DNA of 57,232 bases from Candidatus Omnitrophota bacterium (GCA_016928875.1 JAFGJY010000012.1:1-57232), one strand, 5' to 3'; numbered from the stretch's first letter, positions 28,515 through 36,941 are shown. A program made the numbers and translations. The notes: generated from the letters alone by a model not told the origin.

Positions 28515-28551
28515 TTGCGATATACTCTGGAATATTTACCAGGGTCATTGA

Positions 28552-29040
28552 CTATTTAATGTATTTTGTGAACGCACCCTCCCAATATATAAGAAATCCA
28601 ATGATACCGACACAAAGCACGAAAAAGACCACTTGCATTATTTTTACGTGCTGCCGAAACCGTACGACCTTCTGCTGGGCCTCTGTTTTTTCCAACGCTG
28701 CGTTGCGCTTTTGCTCAAAATTCTCGCGCAATTCTTCGTTCCTTATCTGTTCTGCTTGCTCACGCGCTTTACGCTCGTCCATAACCTTTTTGTGTTGCTT
28801 ACGCATCTGGATCGTTTCCGTAAGCTCGGCACTGTCGTTCATATCGAATGAAGAGATCGGATCATAAAACACGTCTTCCGATTCCAATCCTAGGCGTTCT
28901 TCATACGCCTGTATCCTCGCCCCTGCAAAAAGATCGTCTTCAGTGTGTTTTGCTTTTTCTTCGGTTAAATAGAACGCTTCACCGCTCCTGAAAATGCCAA
29001 GGATGATACATAAAAAAAAGAATATGCGCCAACACCTCAT
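28552..29040 (-). CDS. Signal-peptide + coiled-coil + C-terminal TM protein (paralog of 30806-31288)
   Basis: MRCWRIFFFLCIILGIFRSGEA, an E/K/Q/R-rich centre, and C-terminal MQVVFFVLCVGIIGF. ATG at 29040 lies 8 nt after the upstream stop; the track ORF starts at 29061. Confidence 0.6.
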   Translation of the reverse strand: MRCWRIFFFLCIILGIFRSGEAFYLTEEKAKHTEDDLFAGARIQAYEERLGLESEDVFYDPISSFDMNDSAELTETIQMRKQHKKVMDERKAREQAEQIRNEELRENFEQKRNAALEKTEAQQKVVRFRQHVKIMQVVFFVLCVGIIGFLIYWEGAFTKYIK

Positions 29041-29048
29041 CTTCTCGC

Positions 29049-30620
29049 TCACTCTCTCCATTCAGTTATACGCCACACCTGATCGCTGGGCAATCCAAGC
29101 TGAATGAACCAATCAGCATTTGTTGTCATAAACCGGCTGTGCAATCGTAGATCATAAAATAAGTTCAGCGAATTGTCATAACATATCGCTTCATCTTTTG
29201 CCAATAACGCGCCAAATACTGTAAGGTTCTTGACTTCTCCGGCAATAGCATGATTCGTAAAAAGAACACCCTCGATGCTCCCTATATCATTGGTCGCGAT
29301 ATCACCAAAGCCTTCGATATCTTCAGGACAATACGCGAATTCAGTGATCGGAACACTGGTCTGGACATCAGACCACCCATAATTATCATCCATAATTCCG
29401 TCGCCGTCGAGGTCCTCATACTCCGCTTGGAATTCACCATCATTTTCATAATCATCGTCGGTACCAGGAATACCATCTTCACCAACATCTTCATCCCCTT
29501 TATTAAAAAGGACGGTATCTGCGGTCCATTCGCCGCCCGTCGTGGATGTATAATCACCTAGGATAATATTTTCCCGCGCCGCGTAACAAATAATATCTTC
29601 ATCCATGTTATTTTCATACCACGTATCCATGGCTTCTTCATTCGGCAGAGCAGTCCCGGGACTGTTCTTATACGTTGTGTTATCCGCAACATAAATGTTA
29701 CGACCTGAGTAGATCGTCCCATGTCCCATGATCTTTCCTTTTACAATAACATCACCACGAATAACAACAGGACCATATACTTCAATAGGATTTTGTACAG
29801 TGCCGATCAGTATGATGTTACCGCATTCGTCCCCGTCGTCGCCGAAAACTCCGTCAACAATAACCGTTCCGCCCACACTTATCGAGGCATTATTGGCAAG
29901 TGCCATTTCTTCATATTTTGTAAGATCGCTAAGATTAGGCATAGGTAATTCAGTGGAAAAAGGATGTTGATACGGGAACTCACCATCTTGTTCGTAACTT
30001 GCCGTACCACGTATGTCACCGTCATCCGTATCGATCTCTCCTGAGGCATAGATCTCGCCGTTAACGGTCGGATTTTCATCGAAATAAAAAGGCCCGTTAG
30101 ACCGAATATCGCCGCGAGCCAGAATGCCGTTGCCATAAAAAGTACCGAGATTATTCATGAAATAGACATAATCAAAGATCGACGGCCCTGCATTTTCTTT
30201 GCTGATCGTTACAAAGATCGTTTTAGTCGCACTACGGACGAGTGCCGATGATTCCACAATAAATGAAGCAGCTTCCGGTTTTATCATGACATCAATTGCA
30301 TTATCCCCTAAGAAATTATCTCCAACTTCGCCGACCGCATCCAATTTGAATCCTTCTATCGCATAATCGGCTGTCGGTAAATTATGTGCTTTATCCAGCT
30401 GATTGACCTCGTATAAAGCCCGTTGGATGCCTGCTTCTGCAAGGTATAAGGCCGCTGTTGAATCCACCACATGCTGAACATTTTTGATCTCATTGACCGA
30501 CATGCTCATACTGATGCCTGCGATCATAGTACTCATAGCCACAAATACGACGACAAGCATGAGCGCCATACCGCGGTTGGATGATAGTAAACGAATATGA
30601 GTTCTTGTGAACAAATACAT
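29049..30620 (-). CDS. PilX-N/GspK-like minor (pseudo)pilin with a large G/D/N-rich, acidic Ca-binding-like C-terminal region (copy 1)
   Basis: SNRGMALMLVVVFVAMSTMIAG...ALYLAEAGIQRAL, and EDLDGDGIMDD (DxDxDG). About 60 percent identical by eye to 31293-32846. Both end in EWRE. Confidence 0.65.
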   Translation of the reverse strand: MYLFTRTHIRLLSSNRGMALMLVVVFVAMSTMIAGISMSMSVNEIKNVQHVVDSTAALYLAEAGIQRALYEVNQLDKAHNLPTADYAIEGFKLDAVGEVGDNFLGDNAIDVMIKPEAASFIVESSALVRSATKTIFVTISKENAGPSIFDYVYFMNNLGTFYGNGILARGDIRSNGPFYFDENPTVNGEIYASGEIDTDDGDIRGTASYEQDGEFPYQHPFSTELPMPNLSDLTKYEEMALANNASISVGGTVIVDGVFGDDGDECGNIILIGTVQNPIEVYGPVVIRGDVIVKGKIMGHGTIYSGRNIYVADNTTYKNSPGTALPNEEAMDTWYENNMDEDIICYAARENIILGDYTSTTGGEWTADTVLFNKGDEDVGEDGIPGTDDDYENDGEFQAEYEDLDGDGIMDDNYGWSDVQTSVPITEFAYCPEDIEGFGDIATNDIGSIEGVLFTNHAIAGEVKNLTVFGALLAKDEAICYDNSLNLFYDLRLHSRFMTTNADWFIQLGLPSDQVWRITEWRE

Positions 30621-30805
30621 GCCGTACCTTTTTGAATGTATGTATTATAGTAATGTGTAGGATTAGTAATTAGCAGTCAATGTACTATAACTATAGCACA
30701 TATTTATGGGTTTTAAAGGGGAACGGAAGAAATACCTAGAGCATAAAATGATTCGGATTGCATATAAGTCTTTTCCTGGCAACAAGTTAAGTTTTATAAG
30801 CAAGA

Positions 30806-31288
30806 TCAGTTAGCAAGCGTCCGATCTCGTATAAACCATACCGTACCCACGCATACGACAAAAAACAGGATCTGCACTATCATAAGCTTCTTGCGTATGC
30901 TCTCTTGAATTTTTTGAGCAGCCGCTTGTTCGCGCACTACTCGTAGCCGCTCTTGAAACTCAGAAGATACATCCTTGGTGAACTCGATCTCGGTCTCTTT
31001 TTGGACCTTCATGTTCGCAACAATCTTCTTCTTCTCTCTTTTCATATCAATGATACTTTGTTCTATTTCATAATTCGAAGAACCCTCTTCCATTAAATCT
31101 AAAGGGTTATTATTAGGAACGAGACCGAGTTGCGATTCATACGAAGTTTTTTTCGAAGAATCAAAAATTGTATCACGCGGGTCTTCTGCCACACCACTTC
31201 CATCAGTGTATGCAGCCAATGCTAGTCCCGCACACACACTAACACATATAATGACCAATAAGCTCGCTATTGCTTTTTTGAACAACAA
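30806..31288 (-). CDS. Signal-peptide + coiled-coil + C-terminal TM protein (paralog of 28552-29040)
   Basis: TTG start 4 nt after the upstream stop, behind a GGAGGGAA SD. LFKKAIASLLVIICVSVCAGLALAA and C-terminal VQILFFVVCVGTVWF. Confidence 0.6.
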   Translation of the reverse strand: MLFKKAIASLLVIICVSVCAGLALAAYTDGSGVAEDPRDTIFDSSKKTSYESQLGLVPNNNPLDLMEEGSSNYEIEQSIIDMKREKKKIVANMKVQKETEIEFTKDVSSEFQERLRVVREQAAAQKIQESIRKKLMIVQILFFVVCVGTVWFIRDRTLAN

Positions 31289-31292
31289 CCTT

Positions 31293-32846
31293 CTATTCCC
31301 TCCACTCGAATATTTCCCAGTCTACAGCTACCGGAAATCCCAAATTAATGAACCAATCAAGGTTATCTTTATGCCATTTGCTATGGATCCTAAGATCATA
31401 GAACAAATTAAACGATCGGCTATAGACCATACCATCGTCCTTCCCGATCAAAGATCCGTACAAAACTAAATTTCCCACACGACCCGTAATCGCATGATTA
31501 GTGTAGAAGATCCCATCTAACTGTTGTAATCCGTTGCGCGCAATATCTCCGAAGTTAGATACGCCGGCAGGACAATTGTCAAAATCACTAATAGGTACAC
31601 TCGTGTACACATCATCCCATGTATAAAAATCATCCATCACTCCGTCGCCGTCAAGGTCCTCATGCTCAGCATCGAATTCACCGTCATTCTCCCCTTCATC
31701 TTCGGTTCCCCATATACCGTCTACTCCTACATCTTCCGTCCCCATATCAAATAGATATGCATCTGCATCCCACGTACCACCGGTCGTAGAAGTATAGTCA
31801 CCGAAAATGATATTCTCTTGTGCTGCATACCCCACAAGGTCCTTATCCTTGTTGACCTCATACCAAGTCTCTTCCGCATTTTCGTTCGGCTGAGAGGCAC
31901 CAGGACTTACTGTATAACTAACTTCATCCGCTATATAAATATTCCTACCTGAATAGATCACACCCTGTCCCGTTATCTTGCCCTTTATCACAACATCTCC
32001 CGTGACCACAACAGGACCATTGATCTCGATCGGATCTTGAACCGTACCTACCAGAACGATATTTCCGGATTCGCTTGCATCATCACCATAAACACCATCA
32101 ATAAGAACATTACCGCCAATGCTTACGGTAGAACCGTTCTCTATGGCAAGTTCTTCATATATAGAAAGATCTTGTAAGTTCGGCATCGGCAATGTACTTG
32201 AACTAGGGTGTTGATATGGAAAATCGCCATTTTCATCTTCCTGTCCTGCCCAACCTCTGATATCACCATCATTTGTTTCAACCTCATTAACAGCATAGAT
32301 CTCACCATTAACCGTTGGGTTGAATTTGAAATCAAATCTTCCGTTTGAGCGCACATCGCCACGTGCCATTATACCGTTACCGTAAAACCAGCCCCAGTTG
32401 TTGATAAAATACACATAATCGAACACCCCAGACGGAAGTCCGGCAACCAAGGTCGCATAGATCGTCTTGGTCGCACTGCGTACCGATGCGCTGGCTTGCG
32501 CGTAATACACAAGCGTGCCGCTTCCGGGTGTTATGGTCACTTCAATATCATTATTACCCAAGAAATTCTCTCCTGCCGTACCCACTGCATCAAGTTTAAA
32601 GTCTTCGATCGTGATCTCCTCGTTCGGCAGGTTTTCTTCGTCGGTCAATTTTTTTAGTTCGCCCAACGCCCGTTGTATCCCTGCTTCCGCTAAATACAAT
32701 GCTGCTGTAGAATCGACCTGATGCTGCGCATTGCGTGATTCGCTCACCGCAATCTGCAATGTGATCCCGCCCAAAATAGTCCCCAAGATAGCAAAGATAA
32801 CTACGATCACGAGTGCGACCCCTTTTTCTGACTGTAATAGTTTCAT
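31293..32846 (-). CDS. PilX-N/GspK-like minor (pseudo)pilin with a large G/D/N-rich, acidic Ca-binding-like C-terminal region (copy 2)
   Basis: MKLLQSEKGVALVIVVIFAILGTILGG...ALYLAEAGIQRAL and EDLDGDGVMDD. ATG at 32846 lies behind GGTGGTGA; the track uses the GTG at 32858. Confidence 0.65.
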   Translation of the reverse strand: MKLLQSEKGVALVIVVIFAILGTILGGITLQIAVSESRNAQHQVDSTAALYLAEAGIQRALGELKKLTDEENLPNEEITIEDFKLDAVGTAGENFLGNNDIEVTITPGSGTLVYYAQASASVRSATKTIYATLVAGLPSGVFDYVYFINNWGWFYGNGIMARGDVRSNGRFDFKFNPTVNGEIYAVNEVETNDGDIRGWAGQEDENGDFPYQHPSSSTLPMPNLQDLSIYEELAIENGSTVSIGGNVLIDGVYGDDASESGNIVLVGTVQDPIEINGPVVVTGDVVIKGKITGQGVIYSGRNIYIADEVSYTVSPGASQPNENAEETWYEVNKDKDLVGYAAQENIIFGDYTSTTGGTWDADAYLFDMGTEDVGVDGIWGTEDEGENDGEFDAEHEDLDGDGVMDDFYTWDDVYTSVPISDFDNCPAGVSNFGDIARNGLQQLDGIFYTNHAITGRVGNLVLYGSLIGKDDGMVYSRSFNLFYDLRIHSKWHKDNLDWFINLGFPVAVDWEIFEWRE

Positions 32847-32881
32847 GGCTATCACCACCCTTTACTTTCTTTATACGATTA

Positions 32882-33397
32882 TTAATTCCTCCAAAACGTA
32901 GTTAAGGAAAAATCACTCCCTTGATATCCGTCATTGTCACTTGTATCCGGGTCCATAACGCGAAAATTTATATTCACCCTCCTGTCTCCTTCCCGCGCAA
33001 ACACCGGGTCATCCCCTAATTCGACGACATTATTAAGTACCATGACTTCATCATTAGCGCTGCTTATATTGTCATCATAGGTTATCGCTTCATCAGCAAT
33101 GGTAAATACGTACTCAGCTATCGGTCCATCGATCGTTGCGATCTGCATCGTTGATGTCGTGCTAGTATTAGAGACCGCGACACCGCTTGAATTGCGGATC
33201 GTACGGCCGACCTCATCGAGGAATGTGCGGCCACGTGCTTGGCAACTGACCTCACGGCTTGCATTAAGCCAATATTCCTGGAAAAGAAAATATGTTTGGC
33301 CGGTTGCTATCACAACGACCGCAAAGATCGCAATGGCCATCATAAGTTCGATCAATGAAAACCCATTTTCATTTTTTATGTTCATATCTTTACTCAC
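32882..33397 (-). CDS. Prepilin-type N-terminal cleavage/methylation-domain protein (PilW/GspJ-like minor pilin)
   Basis: NGFSLIELMMAIAIFAVVVIATGQ. GTG start overlaps the upstream TGA (GTGA); an alternative ATG lies at 33385. Confidence 0.8.
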   Translation of the reverse strand: MSKDMNIKNENGFSLIELMMAIAIFAVVVIATGQTYFLFQEYWLNASREVSCQARGRTFLDEVGRTIRNSSGVAVSNTSTTSTMQIATIDGPIAEYVFTIADEAITYDDNISSANDEVMVLNNVVELGDDPVFAREGDRRVNINFRVMDPDTSDNDGYQGSDFSLTTFWRN

Positions 33398-33828
33398 TCG
33401 ATTATGTTGTTATAGAGAACACAATCCAAATACTCAGAACATTCCGCATTGTTTTCTATCCATGTACACTGGATCATTATTTTTTTGGCGATCGTAACAC
33501 CGGAATCCTCGACATCAATGATCGTCGTCGTAATACTGCAAGGAATATCATCGTCGAATGAATCAAGATCAGCGCCATTGTCCAAAACGATCGAATTATC
33601 AGTGTCCGTACCTTCGCTGGGTAAATTTACGAAGCTTATCTCACGCAACTCTTCCATCTTGGTCTGGCACGCCTTGATCGCGGCAACTTTACACTGTGAT
33701 TTATTGACCAGCATCTTCATCTTCGGAAACGTGATCATAAGTGCCAAGAGCGTGGTCGCGAGGATCCCCAGTGAAAACATGACCTCAAGTAAGGTCAATC
33801 CTTTATGTGACTTAACATAGCGTATCAT
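33394..33828 (-). CDS. Prepilin-type N-terminal domain protein (PilV/GspI-like minor pilin)
   Basis: KGLTLLEVMFSLGILATTLLAL. Strong AGGGGAGG SD before the ATG at 33828. Confidence 0.8.
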   Translation of the reverse strand: MIRYVKSHKGLTLLEVMFSLGILATTLLALMITFPKMKMLVNKSQCKVAAIKACQTKMEELREISFVNLPSEGTDTDNSIVLDNGADLDSFDDDIPCSITTTIIDVEDSGVTIAKKIMIQCTWIENNAECSEYLDCVLYNNIIE

Positions 33829-33857
33829 TTCGCCTCCCCTAGTAACTAGTACTATAA

Positions 33858-33873
33858 TTCAACATGCATGCCA
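33858..33873 (-). promoter_or_regulatory. Sigma54-like -24/-12 element upstream of the pilin operon (imperfect -12)
   Basis: Minus strand reads TGGCATGCATGTTGAA versus the consensus TGGCAC-N5-TTGCW. The GG-N10 spacing is correct but GA replaces GC. Predicted TSS is about 20 nt before the ATG. Confidence 0.3.
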
Positions 33874-34077
33874 TACGATTTTATTTTTAACTTATTATTA
33901 TATAATGAGTTACGGAAAATGACCATAATGGCTTATTACTAATATGTTACAAATTTGACATAAAGTTAATATATTTACTAAACGTGCAGTCTTGTAAACG
34001 GTCTTTTTTGTAACTATTTCCGCCGCTTAATGTTCCTTACAATTTACAACATCTTCTCTAAACATATCGGCAAAACT

Positions 34078-34086
34078 TGTTATAAT
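34078..34086 (+). promoter_or_regulatory. Extended -10 promoter element for prmA
   Basis: TGTTATAAT (TGn + TATAAT) about 70 nt upstream of the prmA ATG. No good -35. Confidence 0.35.
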
Positions 34087-34156
34087 AACCACTGCTAAAT
34101 GAGAATTGAAAAATTTAATTCCCGTATACAATAAAAAATTCCTATTTAAAGACACT

Positions 34157-35086
34157 ATGGCCACTACTGACAATACCTATATCGCCTTTACTGTATTTGT
34201 GCCGGTCACGCATTCGCAGGATGTTGCCGAAGTATTGCGGACCTTAACAAACACCGAACCCGCGATTGTCTCAAAGCCGGGTCTTAAGGTGGATAAGGTG
34301 ATCACCTATCTTCCGCTCGATGCAGATATTGAATCACTTAGGCTATCACTTAAAGACCTTTTTCCTTCTTCATATAGAATGCAAACAAAGACGATCGAAG
34401 AACGTGATTGGCGGGATAAATGGAAAGAACATTTTCATCCGTTCAAGATCACCAAACACATAAAGATCGTACCCAGTTGGCATGTTGCGAAGAAGCGTTC
34501 ACGCTTTATTGAGATAACGCTTGATCCCGGATATGCCTTTGGTACTGGCCTGCATGAAACCACGCAATTCGTTGCGCGCATGATCGAACGTAAGCGTCGC
34601 CGCGCGCACACACTCCTCGATATCGGGTTCGGGTCCGGCATCCTCTCGATTGTTGCCGCAAAGCTGGACTACCGCGATATCTGTGCTATCGATAATGATG
34701 AAAATGCCATAACTGCTGCCATGGAAAATGCCAAAAAGAACTTTGTCCATGACATCATCACCTTCACCAGTGCTGACCTTGGCTCTTTCTCGACAAACAA
34801 GCAATATGATTTTATCGCAGCAAATCTCGATACGACGACCTTGTTCAATTTCAGCTTACTATTGATCAAAAAAATGCATAAGAGAAGTTACTTATGTATT
34901 AGCGGCATTACGCTTGAGAACCGCAAAGCAGTGCACAATCATTATAAAAAACAAGGGTTGCGCTGTATCAAGAAATATATTGGAAAAGAGTGGTGTGGGT
35001 TTTTATACAAAAAAAAGAAGAATGGCAAGATCTCCCGCCTTAATCCTCTCAAGAGACGAAAGAAAAGAAGATCAGTAGTGCACTGA
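34157..35086 (+). CDS. prmA: Ribosomal protein L11 methyltransferase (with a basic C-terminal tail)
   Basis: LDPGYAFGTGLHETTQ and LLDIGFGSGILSI. The only plus-strand gene. ATG at 34157; the track uses the TTG at 34106. The tail KKKKNGKISRLNPLKRRKKRRSVVH overlaps the truA 3' end by 15 nt. Confidence 0.9.
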   Translation: MATTDNTYIAFTVFVPVTHSQDVAEVLRTLTNTEPAIVSKPGLKVDKVITYLPLDADIESLRLSLKDLFPSSYRMQTKTIEERDWRDKWKEHFHPFKITKHIKIVPSWHVAKKRSRFIEITLDPGYAFGTGLHETTQFVARMIERKRRRAHTLLDIGFGSGILSIVAAKLDYRDICAIDNDENAITAAMENAKKNFVHDIITFTSADLGSFSTNKQYDFIAANLDTTTLFNFSLLLIKKMHKRSYLCISGITLENRKAVHNHYKKQGLRCIKKYIGKEWCGFLYKKKKNGKISRLNPLKRRKKRRSVVH

Positions 35087-35821
35087 TAGCAAGGTCAAAC
35101 CTTCGGGCGGCGCCGGTGGCGCTGCTTTCGTACGGTCTTTTGACCGAAGTATATTCCTAAAATCATCACTGGTCAGTTTTCCTTGGCCTACAAGGCATAA
35201 TGTCCCCATGATATTCCTTACCATGTTGTAGAGAAACCCATCAGCAGTAAGCCGAATGGCCAATCGCGCACCATTAAAGTTCAACGTGGCTTTCTTGATC
35301 GTGCGCTCTGTATTTTTATCGCTTGGGATCTTGGATGCGAATGCACGGAAATCATGTTTGCCAACTACATGTTTCAGTGCTTTACGCATTGCTTTGACAT
35401 TAAAATCATAGTTACAGCAATATGCATAGCGCTGTAACAACGGCGATCGTATACTCGCTAAAACAATGACATATTCATATGTTTTATCTTTTACGCTATA
35501 CTGTGCGTGAAAATCGGAAGCGACTTTCTCAATCTTCTTTATCACGATATCGCGCGGAAGGTATGTATTTAACGCGGCGCGGATATTTCTGTTCTTGAGA
35601 TCCGTGCTCACCTTAAAATTGATAACATGTCCCCGGGCGTGTACGCCACGGTCAGTACGTCCTGACGAAATGATCCGTATCTTCTCCCTGAACAACCTCT
35701 CAAGTGCATGCTCGATCTCGCCTTGGATGGTCTTTCCCTTGGCTTGTACTTGAAAACCTAAATAGTTCGTGCCGTCGTATTCGATGGTCAACTTATAGTT
35801 TTGCATAGTGTTATATAACAT
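35072..35821 (-). CDS. truA: tRNA pseudouridine(38-40) synthase
   Basis: YKLTIEYDGTNYLGFQVQ and SSGRTDRGVHARG. Confidence 0.95.
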   Translation of the reverse strand: MLYNTMQNYKLTIEYDGTNYLGFQVQAKGKTIQGEIEHALERLFREKIRIISSGRTDRGVHARGHVINFKVSTDLKNRNIRAALNTYLPRDIVIKKIEKVASDFHAQYSVKDKTYEYVIVLASIRSPLLQRYAYCCNYDFNVKAMRKALKHVVGKHDFRAFASKIPSDKNTERTIKKATLNFNGARLAIRLTADGFLYNMVRNIMGTLCLVGQGKLTSDDFRNILRSKDRTKAAPPAPPEGLTLLSVHY

Positions 35822-35830
35822 CTAAAAGTT

Positions 35831-35940
35831 TGGGGACACATAAATGTGTCCCCATTTTTCCCTTTATTGTCGTCCCCGCGAAAGCGGGGATCTACGTTCA
35901 TAGATCCCGGCTCGTCGCTTCGCTCCGGCCGGGACGACAC
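35831..35940. repeat. Composite palindromic element, second copy of the 18605-18764 family
   Basis: Hairpin TGGGGACACAT-AA-ATGTGTCCCCA followed by TTTTTCCCTTTA, then a module bounded by TGTCGTCCC (35869) and GGGACGACA (35931). Confidence 0.85.
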
Positions 35941-35942
35941 GT

Positions 35943-36941
35943 CTACAACAATTCAGCGATCTGGATCGCGTTCAGGGCCGCTCCTTTGCGCAAATTATCC
36001 GCAACGACCCAAAGATTAAGACCGTTCGCAATACTCTCATCTTCGCGAATACGTCCGACATACGTAGCATCCAACCCGCCCGCGTCCCACGGCATCGGAT
36101 ATTTATTCGTATGAACATCATCGATCACTTTGATCCCGGGAGCCTTTGACAAAAGCTCAATCGCCTTCTCGCGTGTGATCTTGCGCTCCGTCTCCACGTT
36201 CACCGACTCAGAATGCGCATAAAAGACAGGTACGCGCACACAGGTCGAGGTGACCTGGATCGAATCATCGCCCATGATCTTCTTGGTCTCGTGCACCATT
36301 TTCATCTCTTCCTTGGTGTAATAATTATCAAGGAACACATCAATGTGCGGTATAAGATTGAAAACGATCTGGTGCTGGAATTTCTCGACCACGAGATCAT
36401 CGCCGTCGACGAACTGCTTGGCCTGATTGCATAATTCATTGATCGCGCTTTGTCCTGCGCCCGAAACCGACTGATAGGTCGATACGACCACCCGTTTGAT
36501 TGTAGCGTAATCATGCAATGGTTTAAGCGCAACGACCATTTGAATGGTCGAACAATTCGGGTTCGCAATGATACCTTTGTGTTTTTTGATATCCTGCGGA
36601 TTCACTTCCGGCACCACAAGCGGGACCTCAGGGTCCATGCGGAACTGACTGGTGTTGTCGATCACCACCGCACCAGCCTTGACAGCCGACGGTGCAAACT
36701 CCTTACTACGCCCGGCACCGGCCGAAAACAACGCTATTTCGATATTTTTGAATGCATCATGAGTAAGTTCGCGCACCGGGATCTCTTGGTCGCAAAATCT
36801 TACTTTTTTATTGATTGAACGCGATGAGGCAAGCGGCCGGATCTCGTTAACCGGGAAATTCCGCTCCTCTAAGAGACGCAACATACATGTCCCCACAGCA
36901 CCCGTAGCGCCCACAACTGCAACATTGAACTTTCTTGCCAT
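35943..36941 (-). CDS. asd: Aspartate-semialdehyde dehydrogenase
   Basis: FNVAVVGATGAVGTCMLRLLEER and IIANPNCSTIQMV (active-site Cys). Confidence 0.95.
   Translation of the reverse strand: MARKFNVAVVGATGAVGTCMLRLLEERNFPVNEIRPLASSRSINKKVRFCDQEIPVRELTHDAFKNIEIALFSAGAGRSKEFAPSAVKAGAVVIDNTSQFRMDPEVPLVVPEVNPQDIKKHKGIIANPNCSTIQMVVALKPLHDYATIKRVVVSTYQSVSGAGQSAINELCNQAKQFVDGDDLVVEKFQHQIVFNLIPHIDVFLDNYYTKEEMKMVHETKKIMGDDSIQVTSTCVRVPVFYAHSESVNVETERKITREKAIELLSKAPGIKVIDDVHTNKYPMPWDAGGLDATYVGRIREDESIANGLNLWVVADNLRKGAALNAIQIAELL

Noticed and set aside
28304-28551. Riboswitch or T-box leader upstream of hom (and upstream of lysC at 24519-24705)
   Set aside because: I looked for S-box, L-box and T-box core motifs by eye and found none. 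Only a promoter-like TTGCAA-17-TATATT and a terminator are supportable. An Infernal scan is needed for a definitive answer.
30644-30680. Internal promoter for the second PilX-like module (TATAAT at 30649-30644 on the minus strand, TTGACT at 30680-30675)
   Set aside because: The -35/-10 spacing is 25 nt, which is too long. Only the -10 hexamer is convincing, so it is not listed as a feature.
29049-32858. RGD tripeptides (ARGDIRSNG / ARGDVRSNG) and a DGR-like hypervariation idea for the duplicated PilX-like genes
   Set aside because: RGD is too short to be meaningful without structural context. There is no reverse transcriptase or template repeat in the window, and the differences between paralogs are spread along the whole length.
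35830-36114. 94-aa ORF (…VVPAKAGIY…)
   Set aside because: It is a translation of the palindromic repeat element running into the antisense of asd. It is not a gene.
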